A stretch of DNA of 64,000 nucleotides from Eledone cirrhosa (lineage: Eukaryota). This document shows positions 27,723-40,897 of this stretch, in pieces (within the stretch, counting starts at the first letter, position 1; each line of letters begins with the position of its first letter). The translations under genes were made by a program, and so were the position numbers. The stretch covers positions 209,622,001-209,686,000 of the forward strand of contig OZ024742.1 of NCBI GenBank assembly GCA_964016885.1, given 5' to 3'. The notes beneath the pieces are model-generated. The model was not told the origin of the DNA. It saw nothing but the letters and a program-made list of their open reading frames with translations, and ran no database searches.

Positions 27723-29643
27723 ACCATAAAACGGGCTGGGACCCTGTCGCGGGACCACCAACACGGCCAGTCTGTGGGGCTAACATTGCTAGTAACTACA
27801 GACTGTCCTACTTCCTCTCCCTGATCATACGCCCCATCATTGAGATGTCCCCAGATGTGTGTGACAGCACGGAGGACCTCCTCAGCAGAATCGGCGCGGG
27901 TAACCGATCTGGGGACCTAACAAACTGCATAATAGGCTGTATGGATGTTGTGTCCCTGTATCCATCTATTGACGTGGATTTTGCTGTGGAGAAATGCGTC
28001 GAAATGATCAGCGAGAGCAAGGTTGAGTTCCGTGGGATTGATACCAGTGAGCTGGGACTTCTACTTAAGCTTACCCATAGTAATAGTTACCTAGACACTT
28101 ATGACCTTAGCAACCTGTGCCCTACAAGACCAGCAAGAGGCAGACCACCTACCATTACCTCAATGGCCAAGAAAACCCACACAGATAGATGGAACGGGTG
28201 GACCAGAGCCATACGGACACCCGAAAACCACGATGAACTGAAGAAAATGATTGCACATGCGGTAGGGGCCAGCATAAAATTAACCCTTAAGGAACATATG
28301 TTCAAATTTAATGGTAAAACATATGCCCAAGAGGAAGGAGCAGCCATTGGTGTTAGCATTGCAGGCGACATAGCTAACTTATTTATGGTATGGTGGGACA
28401 GTAGACTTAAACAAAAACTTAATGAACAATTAGAAGACAGCTTAACCCTGATAATGTACTCCCGCTACGTAGATGATATACACATCGTAGTTAAGACACC
28501 CCCACTAAAGAACAGTCAGGAACCAGAGAAAAACACAATGGAAAGCATCCAGCAAATAGCAAACTCCATCCACCAGAGCATTAGAGTTACTATAGACTAC
28601 CCAAGTAGACACCCCAACCATCGATTACCTGTACTAGACACAGAGCTCTGGTTAGATACTATTAACAACCAAAAACAAATCCTCCATTCCCATTATGCCA
28701 AACCCATGACTTCCAAACATCTGATCCACCGAAACTCGGCCATTTCGGACCATACCAAAATCAACATACTGATTGCGGATTTGGTACGGGTGATGAGAAA
28801 TGTGTCCCGCATGTGCAACCCCGAAGAACTAGAGAGACACATACAACACTTCATCCACCGTATGCAGTTCTCTGGCTACAATCAGAGAGATAGAATCAGA
28901 GTGTATAAAGGAGCCAGAACCAAATGGGAAAAAATGGTAAATAATGACATAAATGGGACCTGCCCCTTGTATAGGAGCAAATTTTGGAATAGAATAGAAA
29001 GAACTAAGACAAGGCCAATAGAATAAACTCATGGTATGATAGCAATAAATACCAGAGCGTAATGTTCATCAATACAACCCCTAGAGGCGAACTAGCCTAC
29101 AAATTTAGAAGGGCCCTAAAGAAACATAATCTCAATATTAAGATAGTAGAAAGACCTGGTACCTCCGTAAAAACACTTATTAGCAAGACATACCCGTTCC
29201 AAAGACCCTCATGTATAGATAAGAAATGTATAACCTGTAAAATAAGCCCCCATATTAACTGTAAAACTAGAAATGTAGTATATAGCATAAGATGTACTGA
29301 AGGACAATGTAGAAACAAAAATATAGTGTACATAGGTGAGACAGCTCGTAGTATAGGGGAACGAATAAATGAACACTGGCGAGACCTCCAAGATAGTAAA
29401 GAATCATCTGTGCTCTACCAACATGCTAAGATAGAACACAGGGGTAAATTAGAGAGCATAGAAATAAAAATAGAATCCACACACAAGAAAGACGCAATGT
29501 TTAGGCAAATTACAGAGGCAGTAAGCATAAAAGAATTAAAACCAAAATTAAATAGAAAATATGAGTGGAACAGCATATCACAACTTACAATTAAGGACAA
29601 AATGAAAACACACACACACATAGAACAAACAACTTACAATTGA
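27722..29643 (+). pseudogene. PLE RT (5'-truncated) + C-terminal GIY-YIG endonuclease, one frameshift (possibly Nematis-like clade)
   Basis: DHK..PTRPVCG, MDVVSLYPSI (motif A), QEEGAAIG (B), RYVDD (C) and LPVLDTELW. After a frameshift at ~29010: FINTTPRGELA linker, Cys cluster and VVYSIRC..YIGETARS..ERINEH..RQITEA..PKLN. The clade call is from memory of the linker motif. Confidence 0.92.
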
Positions 29644-29891
29644 AAAGACACACAAAATGAAAACACACACAAGACAAAATGAAAACACACACACACATAG
29701 AACAAACAACCAACCAACAATAAATAAATAAATAAACAAACAAATATAAATAGAAAAATAGAAAAATGAACACAAACACACACAGACACCCGGATGTGGC
29801 GCATGCGCAAACTGAGCACGCAACCCACACGCAAACAAAATGGCGTAGGATAGAAGAAAGGAAAGGCACAGAAACGAAGAAAGAAATCCCC

Positions 29892-29936
29892 AGTCACTGA
29901 AGAGGTCACAGAGTGTGTGACGAAAGAACTATGACT
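29892..29936 (+). ncRNA. PLE pLTR hammerhead ribozyme (right arm)
   Basis: agtca CTGAAGA g gtcaca-gagtg-tgtgac GAAA GAAC TA tgact. Stems I and II are perfect. Confidence 0.8.
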
Positions 29937-30091
29937 ATATATATATAAACAACTATCTGGTTGTGGAACCAACCAACCAACCAGAAATTTATAAATTTGT
30001 AAATTTATAAATATATAATAAATTAAATTGAAGTGAAAGCAACTGGTGCGTGTGTTTCTTATTGGCAACATGACCCTCCCAAAGTATAACA

Positions 30092-30246
<155 letters not shown>

Positions 30247-30335
30247 ATATATATAAATATATATATATATTTATATTTATATATATATATATATATATAT
30301 AAATATATATATATATTTAAATATATATATATATT

Positions 30336-30406
<71 letters not shown>

Positions 30407-30427
30407 ATAAATATATATATATATTTA

Positions 30428-30465
<38 letters not shown>

Positions 30466-30537
30466 TATATATATATTTAAATATATATATATATATTTAA
30501 ATATATATATATATATATATAGTACGGCCTGAGCTCT

Positions 30538-31145
30538 GTCAGGTCACCAGTTTGTGCTACTGGTAACATGTATCCCAGTACAACCTGTCCCATGGTCGGG
30601 TCGTTAGCGACTAAACTCGCAACCCCACCAAGGTTTCTTGGTGAGGAGGGTGACTTTGGACATCCTGCAGGACTAAAAACAAAACCTACCAAAGAGCAAA
30701 GGAACTCTTAAGAGTCAATGGCCATCCAAAATCACCGGGAGAGATGACCCCTTAGCCTTTGTCAAGGCAGAATTATAAGAGAAGGAAAACTCTGATATAA
30801 CACCTGCAACCCTGATGGTATCCAATGATGTTGACTTGTTCTTCTTTTTGGTAAATATCATCTTGGTTAAGAGAGTGGGACTGGCTTTGTGCAGTGCCTT
30901 TGCTCACTATAAAAGCTTCACGGCACAGGCATTGCTTTATATCTGGAGATCTCTCTGCACTTGTCACATGGTACCATGAGCCCAGCACTATGTGTCAATA
31001 ATTGTCACAAGTGTAGTGTTTGTACCAGAGTTTTCAAGTCGCTGGCTGGACTAAAAAGTCACATTCGTTCAGCGCATCAGTAGGGGTTCTCCTACATGGA
31101 TATAAAGTAGTGGCCGTACTCGAAAACGAGTTGGCAGCCACCATG
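30538..31145 (+). mobile_element. RTE-like 5' UTR repeat; further diverged pieces at 31189-31380, 31510-31720 and 44430-44518(-)
   Basis: Reverse-complement match to 4400-5000. Shared motif cccagtacaacctgtcccatggtcgggtcg..gcgactaaact..caacccc. Confidence 0.55.
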
Positions 31146-31793
31146 TATATATATGTATATATGTATATTATGTATATATGTATATTATGTCGGGTCACTC
31201 TTGAGTGCTAATGGTAACATGTAACCCAGTATAACCTGTCGCATGGTCGGGTCGTCGGCGACTAAACTGGCAACCCCACCAAGTTTACTTGGTGAGGAGG
31301 GTGATTTTGGACACCCTGCAGGACAAAAAACAAAACCTGACAAAGGGCGGAAGAACTCATAAGAGCCAACGGCCATCCAAAAGTGTGTAAATATGTATAT
31401 GCACATGTATATATGTATGTATATGTGTATATACATGGGTGCATGTGTATGAATATGCGCGGGGACATAGAAATAGTAGGGCTGGACACCAGATCGCGCG
31501 TTTAAACCACTGGGAATGAAGGACCCCTAGCCTTTGTCAGGGCATTCTTCTAGGAGAAGGCAACTCAGGAAACTGGGATAACTCCGATATAAAACCTGCG
31601 GCTCAGTAGTTACCGATGATGTTGATCTTTTCTTCTTTTCGGGTTATAGCTACTGTCGCTCAGAGAGTGGGATAGGCTCATTGCAGAGAGAGTGGGATTG
31701 GCTCTTCACGCACAGGCATTGCACGATAGAATTAATTAATAATTATTAATAATGGTATATCTTGCAATGACCATACTCGATAACGAGGGGGCA

Positions 31794-33073
<1,280 letters not shown>

Positions 33074-33807
33074 ATATATATATATTCAGGTTTGAGGTTC
33101 ACCACTGTATAGAGCTGGTCTATTCCGTATGGTCAATCGTAATGCAATAATATAGAGAGTACTCCACGTAAAGCAGTTCAACCGTCTTTGTTTTTGTAGT
33201 TGGTGGTGCTATTACGGAGTTAAATATTATAATGAAATGACAGGAGGCTGGATTTGTGTAAATCCTTGAAAGGTTTATTATACTATGATCATTTCAATGA
33301 CCGGGTTCCGTATGAATCCGGTGATATCATCAGGTATTCGAAATATAATACGTGAATGTAATAGGTAAAATCCATGGGGCTGAAAATAGAGACCCGAGGG
33401 CGACCGCTATTCTGTTCCTTCAACCTCAGCCGGTCGCCCTGGAGTGACGTGGCTAAATTTTATAGTATGCTACTACCGGTCAGATGAACGAAAACAGAAA
33501 GAGATGGGAGCATAGGTTAACGTCGATCCCATGACACAAGGTAAAAGAAAGAAAGAAAGGAAGGAGAAGAAGGGGGAAGAAAGAAGAAGAGAAGTCAGGG
33601 TTAATGTCAGCTAAAAGAGGAAGGTAACTACTACTGGTCAGATATAGGCAAGCAAGAGGGGGAAGGAAGATAAGTCTGTGGGAGGGGGAGAGGAGAGAAG
33701 GAAGGGAAGAGAGAAGTAGAAAAGTAAGGGTTGATGGCTACAAGAAGGAAGATAGAAAGGAAGAGGAAGAAAGGTCGATATTAATGGCTTGACTGTGGTC
33801 TGACATT

Positions 33808-33893
33808 AATTGTTTCTACTTTAGGCACAAGGCCAGCAATTACCCAGTGCATTACTGGTACTTTATTTTATCGACCCCGTAAGGATGAAAGGC
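33808..33893 (-). mobile_element. 5'-truncated SINE in the hairpin apex
   Basis: Matches the SINE 3' part at 40158-40243. Flanked by gacattaat at 33802 and 33894. Confidence 0.8.
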
Positions 33894-34344
33894 GACATTA
33901 ATATCGACCTTTCTTCCTCTTCCTTTCTATCTTCCTTCTTGTAGCCATCAACCCTTACTTTTCTACTTCTCTCTTCCCTTCCTTCTCTCCTCTCCCCCTC
34001 CCGCAGACTTATCTTCCTTCCCCCTCTTGCTTGCCTATATCTGACCAGTAGTAGTTACCTTCCTTTTTTAGCTGACATTAACCCTGACTTCTCTTCTTCT
34101 TTCTTCCCCCTTCTTCTCCTTCCTTTCTTTCTTTCTTTTACCTTGTGTCATGGGATCGACGTTAACCTATGCTCCCATCTCTTTCTGTTTTCGTTCATCT
34201 GACCGGTAGTAGCATACTATAAAATTTAGCCACGTCACTCCAGGGCGACCGGCTGAGGTTGAAGGAACAGAATAGCGGTCGCCCTCGGGTCTCGATTTTC
34301 AGCCCCATGGATTTTACCTATTACATTCACGTATTATATTTCGA

Positions 34345-34402
34345 ATACCTGATGATATCACCGGATTCATACGGAACCCGGTCATTGAAATGATCATAGT
34401 AT
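34345..34402 (+). ncRNA. Type I hammerhead ribozyme (family A); mirror copy at 33280-33337(-)
   Basis: atac CTGATGA ... GAAA TGATCA TA gtat. Confidence 0.75.
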
Positions 34403-34448
34403 AATAAACCTTTCAAGGATTTACACAAATCCAGCCTCCTGTCATTTC

Positions 34449-34499
<51 letters not shown>

Positions 34500-35476
34500 A
34501 TTTGCGTCGGTATCGTAATCATCAGCAGCAACATAATCATCAATGATAAAGGACAATGTGTGTGTGTGCATGTTTGTGTGTGGGTGTGTGTGTTTGAGTG
34601 TCTGTGTTTGAGTGTCTGTGTGTCTTTATACATGTGTGTGTGTGTGTGATGGTTATGGTGATGACAATGATTATGATGACCACGGCAATGATATCCCGCT
34701 GAGGTTCACTTTGCCTTTTATGCTTACAGGGTCGATAAAATAAAGTACCAGTAATACACTGGATTAGTTGCTGGCCTTGTGTCAAAAGTAGAAACAATTA
34801 TATGATCGTCATGATTATGTAATGACTCCGGTCCAAAACAGAAAAAGGAAAACTGCACAGACAGGAGAATGTCTTCTAGAGACATGAGGCAGGTCAGCTG
34901 AGGCGGAATTACATCTTAAATGCCAGTGAAGTGAATTCATATTTGAATCCCATTGACGAGCAATCGGAACTAAGTGGCGGTTCCGGAGTACTTTAAATCT
35001 GTCATTCCTCTCATTAACAGACTCCATGACAATGACAATAACATCAACAAAATGTATAACACCTATAAGGAAAATATTAGTAACCATTATAGCATTAGTA
35101 ACCATTATAGTATGTGACCAGTTCTTTGTAAAAATAAAGTAGAAATAAATGCAAACCCAGTAGTAAGACATGCACCTGTCTGGGAGAGAGGCCATTTTGA
35201 AGCTAGCCGTAAAATCTACCAAGATTGGAGGTGTAATATATTGATTTCTTTATTAGCCACAAGGGCGCAACAAGAAAGGGGACAATACAAAGACATGCCG
35301 GGGATTTTACATACAGTCGTGTAAAAAATATAAAAACAAACATATTATCAAGTATTTACAAGTCATAAATAATATCTTGCAGGACTTGGAGCTTTATACA
35401 TACCTGCTTTTCAACTTTTCTCTTATTTCATTTTTTATTTTGTCTACTTTTCTCTTTCATTTATTCTCTCTCCCCC

Positions 35477-35536
<60 letters not shown>

Positions 35537-35577
35537 TAGAAGCCACATTTTCTCCATTAAAGATTTCTATTATGATG

Positions 35578-35875
35578 TCTACTATAGGCTCAAGGCCAGC
35601 AATTTGGGGAGAGGAGAAAGTCGATTAAATCGACCCCGGTTCCTTACTGGTACTTTATTTTATCGACACCGTAAGGATGAAAAGTCAAATGTAACCTCAG
35701 CGGGATTTGAACTCAGAACGTAAAGGGCCGTAAATTTATGCCGCTAAGCATGTTGTCCGACGCTCTACCGATTCTGCTAATCCACCGCCCTTTCCATTAA
35801 TAATAATTGTTTCTACTTTTGGCACAAGGCCAGTAATTAATCCAGTGTATTACTGGTACTACTCTTATTCGATAA
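35578..35875 (-). mobile_element. tRNA-derived SINE plus an adjacent truncated copy; another partial copy at 34700-34801(+)
   Basis: Minus strand: gggcggtggattagcagaatcggtagagcgtcggac..gagttcaaatccc head and tttcatccttacggtgtcgataaaataaagtaccag core. Confidence 0.8.
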
Positions 35876-35967
35876 TCAGAAAATAAAATCATCCTACTGA
35901 AATAAAGATAACATATACGCACACATGCACAAACTCTTACTCTTAACTTTCCTCTCTCTCTCTTTCG

Positions 35968-36006
<39 letters not shown>

Positions 36007-36009
<3 letters not shown>

Positions 36010-36250
36010 GGAAAAAATGAAACGAAATTTCATTTCTCACTCTTAGTACGGCTGTTACTTAAATATAAGTATGTATACGTACATACATATATGTACATAT
36101 ATATACTGTACATCTGTATACATATATGTATGTACGTATACATACTTATATTTATGTAACAGCCGTACTAAAAGTGAGAAATGAAATTTCGTTTCATTTT
36201 TTCCGTTTATCGTTTTCGGTACCCCGGCCGATTAACTCACTCGATATGCA
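36007..36250. mobile_element. HHR family C, copy 3 (fold-back, different permutation)
   Basis: Arms ~36007-36095 and ~36117-36208. The plus strand continues into cgttttcggtaccccggccgattaactcactcgatatgcaa, as in 32110-32152. Confidence 0.75.
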
Positions 36251-36580
36251 ATCGCCATACACTGAAAATGAACCAGAACCACCAATCTGAAGCCTGGACT
36301 TGTGTCGGAATGCCTGAGAGCCGGTTCAAAAGCCGGTACCTGAACCACGAAATAACCTTCAGACATCCTGACCAAAAACATGCCACCCAGCTTGCGAACC
36401 ATGTGTGGAACCTCAAAAGTAACCGCACAACATTTTCTATTAAATAGAGTATATTGCCGGCTATATAACTCGGAAAAGTGGAATATACTCTTGCAAATGA
36501 CTTCAGAGAAACACTATTCAAATATCCACCTCGACTGCTTTGGTCATTATCCATATGAAGCGAAATTCGTTCTGAGAACA
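36251..36580 (+). pseudogene. GIY-YIG endonuclease C-terminal remnant of a Neptune-like PLE
   Basis: TCVGMPESRFKSRYLNHEITFRHPDQKHATQLANHVWNLKS..FSIK followed by CRLYNSEKWNIL..HYPYEAKF. Resembles the Neptune-type YIG.TE..FK.RY.NH..SF..T.LS..IW.LK..C.LC..EK pattern. Confidence 0.7.
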
Positions 36581-36815
36581 TGGTATAGACCAGATTAAGT
36601 GATTTTAATTTCTAGGAATTTAACGGCTTTGAATTACTAAATTTGCACACGTTGCCCCCTTAGGAGTTTTTAAAATAGTTACTTCCCTTTACATTATCTA
36701 AAAGATTTGTATATTTATAGCTAAATTTGAAATTACCTGCCATTGAAGAACTCTCGTGTGTTTTCGAAACTCCTCAAAATAATCTGTGGATATAGCCATT
36801 TTTATTTTATATATC

Positions 36816-36861
36816 AGGCTGAATGAGTTGCGGTGTATAACCCAACGAAACTTAAGTATCT
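36816..36861 (+). ncRNA. Type I hammerhead-like motif downstream of the Neptune-like endonuclease
   Basis: agg CTGAATGA gttg..caac GAAA CTTAAG TA tct. One extra base in the core; palindromic stem III. Confidence 0.55.
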
Positions 36862-37456
36862 TTATATGTCACTGTTGTAACTAATTATATATATATTACT
36901 CACATGTATTTATAATGTGTTTACATTGGAGGCATAAATGGATGCATCTGCATACATACCTGTATGCATTCATTCCTATATTCATATGTAGACATGCATT
37001 CATACATCCATGCTTGCGTGAACACATAATTACATAAATCAATGAAGGCATAAACTGATAATTTCCTCATTATATTCACCATCATCCATCGGAATCATTA
37101 GCATAATTCTCAGGGCGAACATTTTGATGATGATGATGAGGATGATGATGTTGTTGATGTTGTTGTTGTTTTCTGTGGTGGTGGTGGTGGTGGTGGTGGT
37201 GGTGGTGGTGGTGAAGACGATAACGATGAGGAGGAGGAGGGGCGGAGGAGGAGTAGGGGGTAAAAATATGTGGTAGTAGTGGCCGTGGCCTTGGAGGAAA
37301 TGGAAGAAGTGGAGGAGGAGAGGGCGGGCAAAATCTGTGGTAGCAGTGGCCGTGGCCTTGGAGGAAGGGGAAGAGGATGAGGAAGAGGTGGAGGATGAGG
37401 AAGAGGAGGAGGGAAGGGGTAGGGGGAGGAGGAGGTCGTGGAAGAGGAGGACGTGG

Positions 37457-37548
37457 AGAAGAAGAAGAAGAAGAAGAAGAAGAAGAAGAAGAAGAAGAAG
37501 AAGAAGAAGAAGAAGAAGAAGAAGAAGAAGAAGAAGAAGAAGAAGAAG

Positions 37549-37578
<30 letters not shown>
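37457..37578 (+). repeat. (GAA)n microsatellite; a second one at 38941-39059
   Basis: About 40 pure GAA units in each tract. Confidence 0.97.
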
Positions 37579-37579
<1 letters not shown>

Positions 37580-38294
37580 TAGGCGTAGGAATGTAAGGAA
37601 TATAGGGAAGGAGAAGATGGTGAAGACTAAGGCGGAGGAGAATGAGAACGTTTTAATGAAAAGAAAGCTGTTACAAAAATTCTCGAATTAAGTTCACTGT
37701 TTCCACTTTAGATGACAAGTATTATAGAAGTGATTCCATTTTGCCTATTCTTTACGCTCACATCGGAACTTTAATTACCTTAATTGTATATTAACAATAT
37801 GTGAACTGTAGAAAGCTCTACGTAATGACTAAAGCATTTGCATATATTTCAGCGATTAACTGTAATTATATATGCTACTGCCTTTATAATGAAGATCGCT
37901 ATTTTCATTGCAGTTAAGGGTTTCTTGAGATTTCTACTGAATACTTCCGTCATTATATTAATCCCCAGGGTGACGTTATTTTCAAATATATAAGATTAAG
38001 ATGAACTGACCTTTTTCTCTGACGACATTTCGCTTCTATGAATAATGCAGCGAATTACATTACATTGATCGCTCTAGAGGTGTGTTTAATCTGCCTTCCA
38101 ATTTCGATTCTCTGTTGAAATTAAATCATATTGCTTACGCTGTTAATGCGGTTCACTATAGAGGTGTGCTTAATCTGCTTTCTAGTTTCGATTCTCCGTT
38201 GAAACTATTTCATATTTATGCTGTTAATGCGTTTACGGGGATAATCTCAGTTCAACCAAATTCTTTTCAACTGTAATTGTGTTTCATTTACGAA

Positions 38295-38445
38295 GTATGG
38301 CTGAATGGTTGAGAAGTCTGCTTCGCAATCATTATGTTCTCGATTCGATCCCATTGCATGGAATCTTGAGCATGTGTCATTTACCATAGCCTCGTGTCAA
38401 CCCACGCCTTGTGGGGAAAGTTCGATATGTAGAAACTGTTTGGAA
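38295..38445 (+). mobile_element. Degenerate tRNA-derived SINE (second family)
   Basis: tggctgaatggtt (A-box-like) ... gattcgatccc (B-box-like) ... tcttgagcatgtgtc. Confidence 0.5.
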
Positions 38446-40154
38446 ACCTGTCGGATGGACTGCACCAGTAATTTAATGAGATAACTTTCTCAAACACTCT
38501 GTCACGCTGAATATCTCTAAGAATTGTGTTAAGAATATACGTGTCTGTAGAATGCAGCTTGTTCCGTTGCTCGAATAAAAGCAACAATCATCACCGAAAC
38601 CAACGGAGGTCCACTCTGTATTCGTATTTAATAAACACGCTTGTTTCTATACTTAATACATACATTTTAGCAGAGAATTCTTACCATAAACTGTCATGGA
38701 GAAGTTGTCTCGCTATAGATTTAGCAATCAATAAATATATTTCGTATCTTGGATTATTTCCTTCAAATTTTCTACTTAACTGATGGGAGTTTATTTTTAG
38801 GAGTTAATCGTATTTTTGTTCACTTCAAAGATGAATATTAATCATTTTAAGAAGAGAACGAAACATATTATGGCTTAGTTGTTACTCACAGCTTTTCATT
38901 TTGATCTTTTTCGGAGTGGGAAGAAGAGGGGGTGAAATGGGAAGAAGAAGAAGAAGAAGAAGAAGAAGAAGAAGAAGAAGAAGAAGAAGAAGAAGAAGAA
39001 GAAGAAGAAGAAGAAGAAGAAGAAGAAGAAGAAGAAGAAGAAGAAGAAGAAGAAGAAGAGCTATGGGTTTTCAAACCCCTTTGTGATTTAGAATAGGCAG
39101 GCTGGAAAAGGTAAATACATTTAATAATGAGTTTGATCTGTTAAAGGTCAGTTCCTGGAGGAAAATATTGGCAGGATTTCATTCCAAAGAGATATAATAC
39201 TAAGAAATAAAGATTACTTTGATGTTGGTGGAAGGGATTTGATACAGCTGAGAGTGCTCTTGTTATTGCTTGTTTAGATCATAATCTATCAAACTTATGA
39301 TTAAAAGCATTCCAGTCATGACCACCACAGGTATCTAGAATAACACTATTAAATGTTTCATTCACTGTAGCGCGTTAGTTAAAGGCAGTTGGATTGGTGC
39401 TATTTCTAGCAGACTGAGAGGCTGCATAGCGTATCCCTTATTGGCACGTTATGGGAGTGATGTGATTTGGAGCTGTTGTCAGGTTATTGGACTGAGAGGG
39501 GATCCTATGCAATAAGGAATTTGAGAGATGTAGTATTTTATAATACAGATTTTATACGGTTAGTAGCAGTTGTTAGTTGCTATATCTGTGATGTAGTCTT
39601 GGCTATATGGTATATGTTTGCTAGTAACAAGTGATTATCATGTATGAAATGCCATCAATCCTTGTAACTTTTAATCAGAGATTTAGAATTACACACAGAA
39701 ACAAAATGCATTGTGAGTGGTTTATGAACGCAGATAGTAAGTTTTTTCTGCGGGTAGCATTTCAGACTACATGGATAGCAGCAGCAGCAACAGCAACGAC
39801 GACAACAATAACGACGACGAGAACAACGACGACGACAACAACAACAACAACAACGACGACGACGACGACGACGACGACGACAAAAGAAAAGCAAGTAGTA
39901 TATGTTTGGCCTGCAACAATAAGCCAATGGACAATCTATAAAGTCAAGAGAAAGGCCAAAGAATTAAAAATGCCTGGAAATTTTTGGCCCGTAGTAGTTT
40001 GCATATCCGTAAAGAAACAACATGAATGTGCTTACATTGACTATGCTTTAATAAGCATGAGAAAATAATCCAGAAGAAGGGAACTTTTAATGCCCGTGAG
40101 ATGACAGAGTAATCCGGGATGTCGTGTGAAATCTTCAATAGAATTACACTAAAC

Positions 40155-40341
40155 AATAATTGTTTCTACTTTAGGCACAAGGCCAGCAATTACCCAGTGC
40201 ATTACTGGTACTTTATTTTATCGACCCCGTAAGCATGAAAGGCAAAGTTAACCTCGGCGGGATTTGGACTCAGATCGTAAAGGGACGTAACTATGCTGGA
40301 AAGCATGGCGTCCGACCCTCTACCGATACTGCCAATCCACC
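40155..40341 (-). mobile_element. tRNA-derived SINE; a variant-family copy follows at ~40425-40700(+)
   Basis: Same sequence as the units of the 56527-57268 array. Confidence 0.8.
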
Positions 40342-40897
40342 ATAAAATTAGATATGCTTACGTATTACTGTGCCCGTGTATTTAGAGAAATATTCAGTAA
40401 TAGAGAAATATACAGTCCGTATGTGCAAATCGGATAGAGGGCATTATGGTATTCGTTCCGGCCCTCTGCTTTCTAAGTTCAAATCCCGCCGAGGTCTACT
40501 TTCATCCATTAAAAAAGAACCATTTTAGTACGGAAGTCGATTCTTCCTCTATATCTCTTTGTCACATCGTTTCTCTCCATCTCTATCCTTCTCTTGAAAA
40601 ATTCTCTTGTACTCAGGCCTGAAGAGATGGTCTGCGCCTGGTTTTAAAATGCCTCAGCAACGACTGGATATCAACGTGGCACCCATGTGTTTGTATCTAC
40701 CTATAAGGAAACTACTATAGTTAACGTTTGTTTTTGTTTTGTATTACTACACTAACTATTTTTTTAGTTAAATTACTTTTACATTTGTAGCTACTGTTTT
40801 CAATATGATAATGGACCCCACACTGTATTCTATGTAAACCCCACTCTGTTTTGATTTTGTACTTGTGGCCAATAAAAAATTATTATTGTTATTATTC

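Larger units (their letters stand above)
33085..34455. mobile_element. HHR fold-back element, family A, copy 2 (long arms)
   Basis: Left tail 33085-33225. Arms 33226-33786 and 33896-34455 (~560 bp). HHRs at 33280-33337(-) and 34345-34402(+). SINE fragment in the apex. Confidence 0.88.

Noticed and set aside
28975-29030. Programmed -1 ribosomal frameshift between RT and endonuclease
   Set aside because: AAATTTT is out of phase and lies upstream of a stop in the -1 frame. The overlap is only ~19 nt, so a 1-nt deletion is simpler.
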